DNA from: Escherichia phage VpaE1_ev108
DNA length: 64,000 nucleotides
Sequence record: LR597658
Direction: 5' to 3' (one strand)
Shown one piece after another: positions 26,572-33,048 of this stretch (positions are counted from its first letter, which is position 1; every line of letters starts with the position of its first letter). The notes under the pieces are model-generated. The model had not been told where the DNA came from and made no database searches. It saw only the letters and a list, made by a program, of their open reading frames with translations. The position numbers and the translations under genes were made by a program.

Positions 26572-26659
26572 GTGTCGTTATCCCGTAGATGGTAGCGGTG
26601 GGGACTGTAAATCCCTTGTCATTGAGACTCGGTAGGTTCGACTCCTACACGGCACACCA
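26572..26659 (+). tRNA. tRNA-Tyr (anticodon GUA), long variable arm
   Basis: 88 nt; acceptor GTGTCGT/ACGGCAC, anticodon stem GGGGA/TCCCT, loop ctGTAaa, T-loop TTCGACT, CCA. Confidence 0.65.
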
Positions 26660-26664
26660 ATAAA

Positions 26665-26742
26665 GGTTATGTAGTTTAATTTGGTTAAAATACTCCCCTG
26701 TCACGGGAGATGATGAGGGTTCAAATCCCTTCGTAACCGCCA
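26665..26742 (+). tRNA. tRNA-Asp (anticodon GUC)
   Basis: anticodon stem CTCCC/GGGAG, loop ctGTCac, T-loop TTCAAAT, CCA. Confidence 0.7.
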
Positions 26743-26801
26743 ATTTTGAGAGGGCTATTTAGCCCCTCCCTTAAAGGGTTCTTACGAGTATTCTTTAAAG
26801 G

Positions 26802-26880
26802 AGCAGAAGACCAAATTCAGCAAGTTACTTAAAATTTCAAGCCAATTTAATTTTGAAAAATTTAAAACTTGGTCTGGCTC
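26802..26880 (+). repeat. E3: conserved bulged-stem element (CAGAAGACCAA ... TTGGTCTGG)
   Basis: same conserved flanks, ~54 nt AT-rich insert. Confidence 0.5.
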
Positions 26881-26888
26881 AACAAATT

Positions 26889-27024
26889 TACAGAAGACCG
26901 TTTACAGCAAAACTTAACAATCTATTTCTCCGGTAAAGAAAAGGCGAAGGTTCGATTCCTTCACTCGGCAGATGTCGAGTTGGTGTAATGGTAGTACTTA
27001 AGATGATAAACAACGGTCTGGTAA
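26889..27024 (+). ncRNA. E4: candidate structured RNA, bulged stem enclosing a tRNA-like T-arm (Y-RNA-like?)
   Basis: CAGAAGACCGT ... ACGGTCTGG helix; interior has perfect T-arm GAAGG-TTCGATT-CCTTC, a second hairpin ACTCG..CGAGT and D-loop-like AGTTGGTGTAATGGTAG, but no acceptor stem. Confidence 0.35.
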
Positions 27025-27170
27025 TTATCTTTGTAGATAAGTTATTAAGCTTACCTGTGAGTATGCGACCACAAAGGGTGAAAGGGTAAATTCTAGATTT
27101 AAACCCAAAAAGGCACATCGCTACAGACCTTAAGCAAGTCTGGGTAGCTTATCTACAAAGATAATTTAAT

Positions 27171-27246
27171 GGAAGTGTAGCAGAATGGTGATGCGGCAGA
27201 CTTTTAATCTGACAGGCGATGGGTTCGAATCCCTCCACTTCTACCA
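27171..27246 (+). tRNA. tRNA-Lys (anticodon UUU)
   Basis: acceptor GGAAGTG/CACTTCT, loop ctTTTaa, T-loop TTCGAAT, CCA. Confidence 0.6.
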
Positions 27247-27250
27247 ATAT

Positions 27251-27327
27251 GGTTCAGTCGCAGATAAGGTAATGCAAGGGTCTCATAAGCCCTATGAATG
27301 TGGGTTCGATTCCCATCTGAACCTCCA
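27251..27327 (+). tRNA. tRNA-Met (anticodon CAU; GGG/CCC anticodon stem)
   Basis: acceptor GGTTCAG/CTGAACC, loop ctCATaa, T-arm GTGGG-TTCGATT-CCCAT, CCA. Confidence 0.65.
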
Positions 27328-27328
27328 A

Positions 27329-27404
27329 GCTGGTATAGTTAAGAAGGTTATAACACTCCCCTGATAAGGGAACATCGGTGGTTCGATTCCACCTACCAGT
27401 ACCA
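27329..27404 (+). tRNA. tRNA-Ile (anticodon GAU)
   Basis: loop ctGATaa, T-arm GGTGG-TTCGATT-CCACC, CCA. Confidence 0.65.
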
Positions 27405-27411
27405 ATTTCAA

Positions 27412-27450
27412 TAAAGTTGTTGACATTGAGATGTGACTACTTTATAGTAA
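27412..27450 (+). promoter_or_regulatory. sigma70-like promoter internal to tRNA island
   Basis: AAAGTTG-TTGACA - 17 nt - TATAGT. Confidence 0.55.
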
Positions 27451-27651
27451 CCTTAGTTTTCGTTGCGTAGCGTCTATTTTGCAAATTTAAAATAAATGCA
27501 AACGACAATGTTTTTCTGGCAGTAGCTTGATAGGCTAAACACCAGTGAGGTCTTCCAATCCCTCATCAAAGAATTTGGCGTACTCGCCCACGGTATGATT
27601 AATAAGGTGGGCATCTTTAAGGGCTTTCTAAGAGAGTCTTTAAAGATTAAT

Positions 27652-27728
27652 GCACCCTTAGTTCAACTGGACAGAGCAAATGACTTCTAATCATTGAGTT
27701 ACAGGTTCGAATCCTGTAGGGTGTGCCA
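27652..27728 (+). tRNA. tRNA-Arg (anticodon UCU)
   Basis: acceptor GCACCCT/AGGGTGT, anticodon stem AATGA/TCATT, loop ctTCTaa, T-arm ACAGG-TTCGAAT-CCTGT, CCA. Confidence 0.7.
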
Positions 27729-27870
27729 ATTAGTTAGCAGATTACTTAGACGACCTAAGCGGGTCTTCCTGTAGGGAGGTGGTCTGTATCTCATGTTTTC
27801 CAGAACATGTAAATAATCTGAGAAGGGGCTTTACAGTGTTGAGATAATACGGTAAGCTTCGAATTATAGT

Positions 27871-27953
27871 ATGGGACGATGTTAAGACTCTAAGGCATGA
27901 GCAACGGCTTCCAACACCGTTTCAAAGGGGTTCAACTCCTCCGTCCCATGCCA
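27871..27953 (+). tRNA. tRNA-Trp-like (anticodon CCA), atypical 83 nt with enlarged D region
   Basis: perfect acceptor ATGGGAC/GTCCCAT, T-loop TTCAACT, loop ttCCAac, CCA; D-arm cannot be folded canonically. Confidence 0.4.
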
Positions 27954-27966
27954 AAATCTTATTAGG

Positions 27967-28054
27967 GGTAGGTAGCGGCTAATGGTAGCCAAACTGTCTT
28001 GAAAACAGTTGCCACTGTAGAGATACGGTGAGGGTTCGACTCCTTTACTTACCG
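27967..28054 (+). tRNA. tRNA-Ser (anticodon UGA), long variable arm, no encoded CCA
   Basis: 88 nt; anticodon stem ACTGT/ACAGT, loop ctTGAaa, 3-bp D stem, T-loop TTCGACT. Confidence 0.6.
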
Positions 28055-28210
28055 CCTAATAAGATTTAAAGCCAAGCTTCATTCGGATGTTGCTTTGGTA
28101 TCCCGCGTGTATTGTTGTACACACTGATAAAGCACCTAGTAGGTGTCACGGAGAAGAGATAATATCAAGCTCTCCAAAGGTTCTAGTCACCGGATTAAAC
28201 AAGACTATGC

Positions 28211-28233
28211 AAAGACCTTTTTAGGTCTTTTTA
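28211..28233 (+). terminator. hairpin plus T-run inside tRNA island
   Basis: AAGACC-ttttta-GGTCTT followed by TTTTAG; stem uses the same AGACC/GGTCT motif as the E elements. Confidence 0.35.
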
Positions 28234-28311
28234 GAGGGCTTCTAAGGTTATTACAGCTTGTTGTGGAACCTTGTTGCTTAGGTTCTTAGAAGTTCTCTAA
28301 AAAGATTTAAT

Positions 28312-28389
28312 GGGAGATTGACGGTAATTGGTAAACCTATCTCGCTTAGAACGAGATGTTTGAGGGTTCGAATCCCTTGTCTCCTACCA
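28312..28389 (+). tRNA. tRNA with UAG anticodon (Leu by anticodon; class-I length)
   Basis: acceptor GGGAGAT/GTCTCCT, anticodon stem TCTCG/CGAGA, loop ctTAGaa, T-arm GAGGG-TTCGAAT-CCCTT, CCA; short variable arm. Confidence 0.5.
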
Positions 28390-28396
28390 AATTAAT

Positions 28397-28472
28397 GCAG
28401 GTGTAGCAAAATGGTTATGCGGCTGACTCTTAATCAGTAAGACGATGGGTTCAATTCCCTCCACCTGTACCA
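28397..28472 (+). tRNA. tRNA-Lys (anticodon CUU)
   Basis: acceptor GCAGGTG/CACCTGT, loop ctCTTaa, T-loop TTCAATT, CCA. Confidence 0.55.
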
Positions 28473-28477
28473 AAAAT

Positions 28478-28553
28478 GGGGTCATAGTTTATATGGTTAA
28501 AATTCGAGTTTTGCAAACTTGGGAACTGAGTTCAATTCTCAGTGACTCCACCA
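28478..28553 (+). tRNA. tRNA-Ala (anticodon UGC)
   Basis: G3:U70 pair in acceptor stem, loop ttTGCaa, T-arm CTGAG-TTCAATT-CTCAG, CCA. Confidence 0.7.
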
Positions 28554-28559
28554 ATTAGT

Positions 28560-28634
28560 GCATCCATAGTTTAAACGGGAAAATTACAGTCTTCCAAACT
28601 GAGGTTGAGGGTTCGATTCCCTCTGGATGCTCCA
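28560..28634 (+). tRNA. tRNA-Gly (anticodon UCC)
   Basis: perfect acceptor GCATCCA/TGGATGC, loop ctTCCaa, T-loop TTCGATT, CCA. Confidence 0.7.
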
Positions 28635-28641
28635 AATTAAT

Positions 28642-28717
28642 GCTTCTATCGTATAATTGGCTATTACGGTTGCCTTGTAAGTAACTTATCAGGGTTCGAA
28701 TCCTTGTGGGAGCACCA
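28642..28717 (+). tRNA. tRNA-Thr (anticodon UGU)
   Basis: anticodon stem GTTGC/GTAAC, loop ctTGTaa, T-arm CAGGG-TTCGAAT-CCTTG, CCA. Confidence 0.65.
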
Positions 28718-28814
28718 ATTTAGAGGTCAAGTGAAAGACCGCTTTGAGTCAACTGAAGACCGTAACAAATTCCACGGAGTTGAGTTAGCGGCACAACTCC
28801 AGACCTCTTCTCAC

Positions 28815-28889
28815 ACTCGCTTAGTTTATATGGTAAAACACCACCCTTACAAGATGAAGAAAAAGGTTCAAGTCCTTTAGTGAGTACCA
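28815..28889 (+). tRNA. tRNA-Val-like (anticodon UAC), weak anticodon stem, possible pseudo-tRNA
   Basis: acceptor ACTCGCT/AGTGAGT, D-arm GTTT..AAAC, loop ctTACaa, T-arm AAAGG-TTCAAGT-CCTTT, CCA; anticodon stem pairs only 3 of 5. Confidence 0.4.
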
Positions 28890-28890
28890 T

Positions 28891-28968
28891 GTTCCAGTAT
28901 CCCAATTGGCAGAGGATGCAAGCTCAAACCTTGTACTAGTGACGGTTCGAATCCGTCTTGGAACACCA
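28891..28968 (+). tRNA. tRNA with CAA anticodon (Leu by anticodon; class-I length)
   Basis: acceptor GTTCCAG/TTGGAAC, anticodon stem GCAAG/CTTGT, loop ctCAAac, T-arm GACGG-TTCGAAT-CCGTC, CCA. Confidence 0.5.
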
Positions 28969-28973
28969 ATTTT

Positions 28974-29049
28974 GCAGGATTAGTTCAAATGGATAGAGCA
29001 ACAGTCTACGAAGCTGTTAATAGGGGTTCGAATCCCTTATCCTGCGCCA
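28974..29049 (+). tRNA. tRNA-Arg (anticodon ACG)
   Basis: perfect acceptor GCAGGAT/ATCCTGC, D-arm GTTC..GAGC, loop ctACGaa, T-loop TTCGAAT, CCA. Confidence 0.7.
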
Positions 29050-29068
29050 ATTTAAAGAGGCTATTTAG

Positions 29069-29626
29069 ATGAGATATTTGAAGTATGCTTCATGGATTTT
29101 CTTAGCTTTGTTAGAACCATTTGCAGCAATCTTAGCAGTTATCTTAGCACCTTTTGTAGTTCCATTCTACAGTGAGAAGAAAGGACACTTACCTTTCGGG
29201 TTCAGATGGATGGAGACATATGACAACCCAATTGATGGTGATGAAGGTCACGTTAAAAGATGGGCTAATATTAGATGGATTGGTAAACTAGGTGTCTACA
29301 TGCAAAGAGTCGGATGGCTCTGGAGAAACAAAGCTTATAACTTCTCTTACCATGTGTTAGGAAGAGATGTAAAAGATGTTACTAAGTGGAAAGGTAATAT
29401 CAACGTAAGTTCTAACCCTGAAGATAATCAGACAGGTTATCTCCTAATGTGGAACAGTAATGCTTGGGGATTATTCGCTTTTACCCCATCAATTAAAATC
29501 TTTGGTAAACAGTTTTACTGGAGAATTTATATTGGGTGGAAGCTAAAAAGTGTTGTCCCAGAAGAAAGAGCATTCTCAAGGGAAAGAGTTATGTTGGCAT
29601 TCTTTATTCATCCACTAAGAAAGTAA
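29069..29626 (+). CDS. hypothetical Trp-rich membrane protein embedded in tRNA island
   Basis: 185 aa ORF; N-terminal hydrophobic segment WIFLALLEPFAAILAVILAPFVV; AAGAGG SD; TTA/AGA-rich codon usage unlike structural genes. Confidence 0.55.
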   Translation: MRYLKYASWIFLALLEPFAAILAVILAPFVVPFYSEKKGHLPFGFRWMETYDNPIDGDEGHVKRWANIRWIGKLGVYMQRVGWLWRNKAYNFSYHVLGRDVKDVTKWKGNINVSSNPEDNQTGYLLMWNSNAWGLFAFTPSIKIFGKQFYWRIYIGWKLKSVVPEERAFSRERVMLAFFIHPLRK

Positions 29627-29634
29627 AGATTTAA

Positions 29635-29710
29635 AGGGGATTAGTTTACAAGGTTAAAACCTCGGTCTTTGAAATCGAAGAAGTTGGTTCAATTCCAACA
29701 TCCCCCGCCA
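29635..29710 (+). tRNA. tRNA-Gln (anticodon UUG)
   Basis: anticodon stem TCGGT/ATCGA, loop ctTTGaa, T-arm GTTGG-TTCAATT-CCAAC, CCA. Confidence 0.55.
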
Positions 29711-29712
29711 AT

Positions 29713-29791
29713 GCTCCATTACTCCAATTGGCAGAGAGGCCAGACTTAAAATCTGTGTTATGTATCGGTTCGAATCCGATATGGAGTACCA
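29713..29791 (+). tRNA. tRNA with UAA anticodon (Leu by anticodon; class-I length)
   Basis: acceptor GCTCCAT/ATGGAGT, loop ctTAAaa, T-arm ATCGG-TTCGAAT-CCGAT, CCA; variable region about 8 nt. Confidence 0.45.
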
Positions 29792-29796
29792 AATTT

Positions 29797-29872
29797 AGCG
29801 GTATAGCATAACTGGCAATGCAGCAGCCTCTGAAGCTGTCCTATTAAGGTTCAAATCCTTATGCCGCTGCCA
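29797..29872 (+). tRNA. tRNA-Gln (anticodon CUG)
   Basis: anticodon stem GCAGC/GCTGT, loop ctCTGaa, T-arm TAAGG-TTCAAAT-CCTTA, CCA. Confidence 0.6.
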
Positions 29873-29903
29873 CTTCTAAGGATTCTTGCGAGAGTCCTTA
29901 AAT

Positions 29904-29979
29904 GTGGCCTTATCATAAACGGTAATGACCCATGCTGTGAACATGGTCTATACGGGTTCAAATCCCGTAGGTCACCCCA
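29904..29979 (+). tRNA. tRNA-His (anticodon GUG)
   Basis: anticodon stem CCATG/CATGG, loop ctGTGaa, T-arm ACGGG-TTCAAAT-CCCGT, CCA. Confidence 0.65.
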
Positions 29980-29984
29980 ATTTA

Positions 29985-30061
29985 TAGTCCAAGTAGCTTA
30001 TATGGTTAAAGCGCGTGTCTGAAAAACATGAGAAGAGGGTTCAAATCCCACTGGACTACCA
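29985..30061 (+). tRNA. tRNA-Phe (anticodon GAA)
   Basis: perfect acceptor TAGTCCA/TGGACTA, loop ctGAAaa, T-loop TTCAAAT. Confidence 0.6.
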
Positions 30062-30077
30062 ATTTCAAAGGTGCTTA

Positions 30078-30812
30078 ATGAAAGAGATGACAGAACAAGG
30101 TAAGGAGATTTTTAATCTCTTAAAAACCGGTAAAGGGTTCTCTAACCCACTTATTACTGGTGCAGCAGTTCTCGGTGGAACCGTAGCTGCTTCTACATCA
30201 CTTGTAAGCTCTATTAGTTCTGTAACAGACCCTACAATGAAGGAGAAACTTGTTGCTGCTGGACTTACAACAGTCCTTCTAAACAGCTTTACAACAAGCC
30301 TTACAAGCACTACAGCAACTACTAAAACTCTGACAGACTACGGTCAAAAGTCTATTGATGAGTTTTCATCACGTATGCAGGTAGCAAAGGGGTATTCCAA
30401 TGTTATGGGTGCAGCAGGAGAACAAGTTGGTTGTACACCATTCAGTGGTATCATGGGTGTTGCTACAGAGTATGGTCAAAAAGCTATTGACATGATGAAC
30501 AGTACACTAGATAGTGTTAATGGTGTGTTAAGTGACTTGCAAGATGCTATTGATAAGGGTCTTGATACTGTTTCTGATTTAGCTAATCAGGCTGTTAGTA
30601 AGATTAATGAAGGTATTTCAAAGATTACAGCTTATGCAGATGAAGTTGTGCAGATGATTGAAGAAGAAGCTGCCCTTATTGCAGAGTACCTTAAAACGAA
30701 TATCAATGGGTTCTTAGCAGGTATCTTACCAGACTGGTTTGATGATGCCTGTAAAACTGGTGTAATTGACACTATTGCAACACCAGAAATGAAGAGCGCA
30801 TTACAGAAATAA
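30078..30812 (+). CDS. hypothetical Ser/Thr-rich coiled-coil protein
   Basis: start moved to ATG 30078 because ORF-track start 30015 lies inside tRNA-Phe; 244 aa. Confidence 0.5.
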   Translation: MKEMTEQGKEIFNLLKTGKGFSNPLITGAAVLGGTVAASTSLVSSISSVTDPTMKEKLVAAGLTTVLLNSFTTSLTSTTATTKTLTDYGQKSIDEFSSRMQVAKGYSNVMGAAGEQVGCTPFSGIMGVATEYGQKAIDMMNSTLDSVNGVLSDLQDAIDKGLDTVSDLANQAVSKINEGISKITAYADEVVQMIEEEAALIAEYLKTNINGFLAGILPDWFDDACKTGVIDTIATPEMKSALQK

Positions 30813-30813
30813 T

Positions 30814-30906
30814 GGAAGATTAACCCTAAAAGGTAAGGGAGCAGTTTGCTAAACTGCCAGTAGCTGAGAAATCGGTGTACCAGTTCAAGTCTGGTATCTT
30901 CCTCCA
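30814..30906 (+). tRNA. tRNA-Ser (anticodon GCU), long variable arm
   Basis: 93 nt; acceptor GGAAGAT/ATCTTCC, anticodon stem GCAGT/ACTGC, loop ttGCTaa, T-arm ACCAG-TTCAAGT-CTGGT, CCA. Confidence 0.65.
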
Positions 30907-30910
30907 ATTT

Positions 30911-30986
30911 GAATCCGTGACAGAAATGGCTATGTGCCTGTCTGCAAAACAGGTTTATAAGGGTTCGAGTCCCTTCGGATTCTCCA
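30911..30986 (+). tRNA. tRNA-Cys (anticodon GCA)
   Basis: perfect acceptor GAATCCG/CGGATTC, anticodon stem CCTGT/ACAGG, loop ctGCAaa, T-loop TTCGAGT, CCA. Confidence 0.7.
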
Positions 30987-31023
30987 AGTTATTTTACTCT
31001 CTCTCAATTAAAATAATAATAAT

Positions 31024-31084
31024 GCCCTGCTATAAGTATTCTTCCTTTCGCTACCGAAGAGTATTTTTAGACAGGGCTTTTTTA
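31024..31084 (+). terminator. compound hairpin terminator after tRNA island
   Basis: GCCCTG ... CAGGGC outer stem with inner TATTCTTC/GAAGAGTA hairpin, followed by TTTTTTT. Confidence 0.5.
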
Positions 31085-31148
31085 CAGAGTTATACTTTAT
31101 AAGAAGGCTTATACAGTATGTCTCTGACGTACATTGTGGTTTCTCCTT

Positions 31149-31172
31149 GACGGTCTCTGTGCCGTCTTTTTT
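31149..31172 (+). terminator. intrinsic terminator
   Basis: GACGG-tctctgtg-CCGTC followed by TTTTTT. Confidence 0.6.
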
Positions 31173-31208
31173 AAGGAGAAACATGGTTAATTATTTGGAG
31201 AAAACATA

Positions 31209-31409
31209 ATGAGTGAGACCGTTTATAAAGAACTTTATGAAGCTAACAAAAAGCTAGAATTTATGCAGAATACTATCATGGCAATTGCAGACAGACTGTC
31301 TGTAGCAACAGGTATTGATATTAAAGAAGCATCTATGGATGCACTTCTTGATGCCGTTGATGCAAAGTTCGAAGTTAAGAAAGAAGAGACTGCTACAGAC
31401 TCTGAATAA
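31209..31409 (+). CDS. hypothetical small acidic protein upstream of terminase
   Basis: 66 aa ORF, GGAGA SD. Confidence 0.5.
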   Translation: MSETVYKELYEANKKLEFMQNTIMAIADRLSVATGIDIKEASMDALLDAVDAKFEVKKEETATDSE

Positions 31410-31430
31410 TTCTATTTGCGGAGGTGCTTA

Positions 31431-33032
31431 ATGGACTTAAATGCTGTTAAGCAGAAGCGAGTGGAAGATGTTAGGAAAGTCCTAGCTGGAGAGTTGGGGC
31501 TTTCTGATGAAGTAAAAGAAATTATCAAATCATTCGGTAAAGACCCCTCTAAATTCCTTCCAACTCAAATTCTGACTTTATTAAGATACACACCAGACCA
31601 AGTTCGCCTTATCTTTAAATTGATGACTGATAAGAACTATGTAGCCCCTCAGCCGGGTTCTCAAGAGGTCTTTTTAAATACTAATGCTGACTTGGTTCTC
31701 TATGGTGGTGCTGCGGGTGCTGGTAAGACTGCTGCATTGTTAATGGACTCTTTAAGGTTTATTGACGACCCTAACTATAATGCTGTATATTTCCGTCGAA
31801 ATACAACACAGTTACAAGGTGGTTTATGGCCTGCTGCAAAGAAACTATTTGGTAAGTTTGGTGGGGTTCCTCACGAGCAGAAGATGACTATCACATTCCC
31901 TTCTGGGGCAACTATCAAGTTTACTTATTTAGAACTTGAAAAACACGCTGAAGGTCATCAGGGTATTGAATACTCAGCTATTTACTTTGACGAAGGTACA
32001 CACTTCTCTGCTTCACAGATTTCATACCTACAAACCCGTCTACGTTCTGGTGCTGAAGGTGATTCATACATGAAGATTTCTATGAACCCAGACAGAGACC
32101 ACTTTATTTACGATTGGGTAGAACCTTTCTTAGATGAAGAAGGTTATCCAGACCCTGAAAAGTGTGGTCGTATTCGTTGGTATGTAATGAATGATGGTGT
32201 GATGGTTTCTGATTGGGAGAGAGACAAGATTCTTGAAATGTTCCCTCTTGAGATTCCTCAAACATACACCTTTATCTCTGGTACGATTGATGATAACCCA
32301 ATCCTTGACTTCTTAGAACCTAAGTACCGTGGTAAGTTGGAAAACAACACCCCTGTAAACGTTGCAAGACTTCGTTTCGGTAACTGGAAGGCTCGTGCAG
32401 AAGGTTCAAACTACTGGCAAAGACAATGGTGTGAGATTGTTGATTCACTCCCAGAAGATGTATTTGATGTTAGAGCATGGGACTTAGCAGCAACTTTACC
32501 ATCTGAGATTAACCCTAATCCAGACTGGACAGCAGGTGTTAAGATGGGTAAATCTAAAAAAGACGGTTGCTATTATATCATTGATGTAGTAAGATTTAGA
32601 GATAGACCCTCTGGAGTCGAAACACAAATTAATTTGACTGCTGAAAGTGACGGTAAGCGAACTGGTATTTTTATCCCTCAAGACCCAGGCGCTGCTGGTA
32701 AATCCTACGCAACATCCCTCATCAGGAAACTTGCCGAGAAAGGTTATCGAGCAAGAGCTAAACCAACAAATAAAGATAAAGTTACCCGATTTGCGGGGTT
32801 TTCTGCTGCTTCTGAAGCTGGACTTGTAAAAGTCTTGAGAGGTAGTTGGAATGAAGCTTACTTCCAAGAACTTGAAGGCTTTTGTGGTGATGGTAAAACT
32901 AAAGATGACCAAGTGGATGCTACCAGTGATGCTTTCAACAGTCTTAACGAAGTTAAATTATTCAAGCCACCATCAATGGGTGCTCACACAGACTTAGTGA
33001 GAGGAAACCCATATGAGGGGCTTAGACGTTGA
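31431..33032 (+). CDS. terminase large subunit
   Basis: Walker A LYGGAAGAGKT, ATPase then nuclease-sized C-terminal region; ATG 31431 with GGAGG SD (ORF-track start 31416 is TTG). Confidence 0.8.
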   Translation: MDLNAVKQKRVEDVRKVLAGELGLSDEVKEIIKSFGKDPSKFLPTQILTLLRYTPDQVRLIFKLMTDKNYVAPQPGSQEVFLNTNADLVLYGGAAGAGKTAALLMDSLRFIDDPNYNAVYFRRNTTQLQGGLWPAAKKLFGKFGGVPHEQKMTITFPSGATIKFTYLELEKHAEGHQGIEYSAIYFDEGTHFSASQISYLQTRLRSGAEGDSYMKISMNPDRDHFIYDWVEPFLDEEGYPDPEKCGRIRWYVMNDGVMVSDWERDKILEMFPLEIPQTYTFISGTIDDNPILDFLEPKYRGKLENNTPVNVARLRFGNWKARAEGSNYWQRQWCEIVDSLPEDVFDVRAWDLAATLPSEINPNPDWTAGVKMGKSKKDGCYYIIDVVRFRDRPSGVETQINLTAESDGKRTGIFIPQDPGAAGKSYATSLIRKLAEKGYRARAKPTNKDKVTRFAGFSAASEAGLVKVLRGSWNEAYFQELEGFCGDGKTKDDQVDATSDAFNSLNEVKLFKPPSMGAHTDLVRGNPYEGLRR

Positions 33033-33048
33033 TAGCTAGGTGAGAAGA

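Noticed and set aside
26943-26975. Canonical tRNA centred on the GGTTCGATTCC T-arm
   Set aside because: No complementary 5' acceptor strand and no D or anticodon arms upstream; treated as part of element E4.
30015-30077. Upstream extension of ORF 30015-30812
   Set aside because: The first 60 nt lie inside tRNA-Phe; the in-frame ATG at 30078 is the plausible start.
30875-31102. 75 aa ORF from the six-frame track
   Set aside because: Overlaps tRNA-Ser(GCU), tRNA-Cys(GCA) and a terminator hairpin; no SD; spurious.
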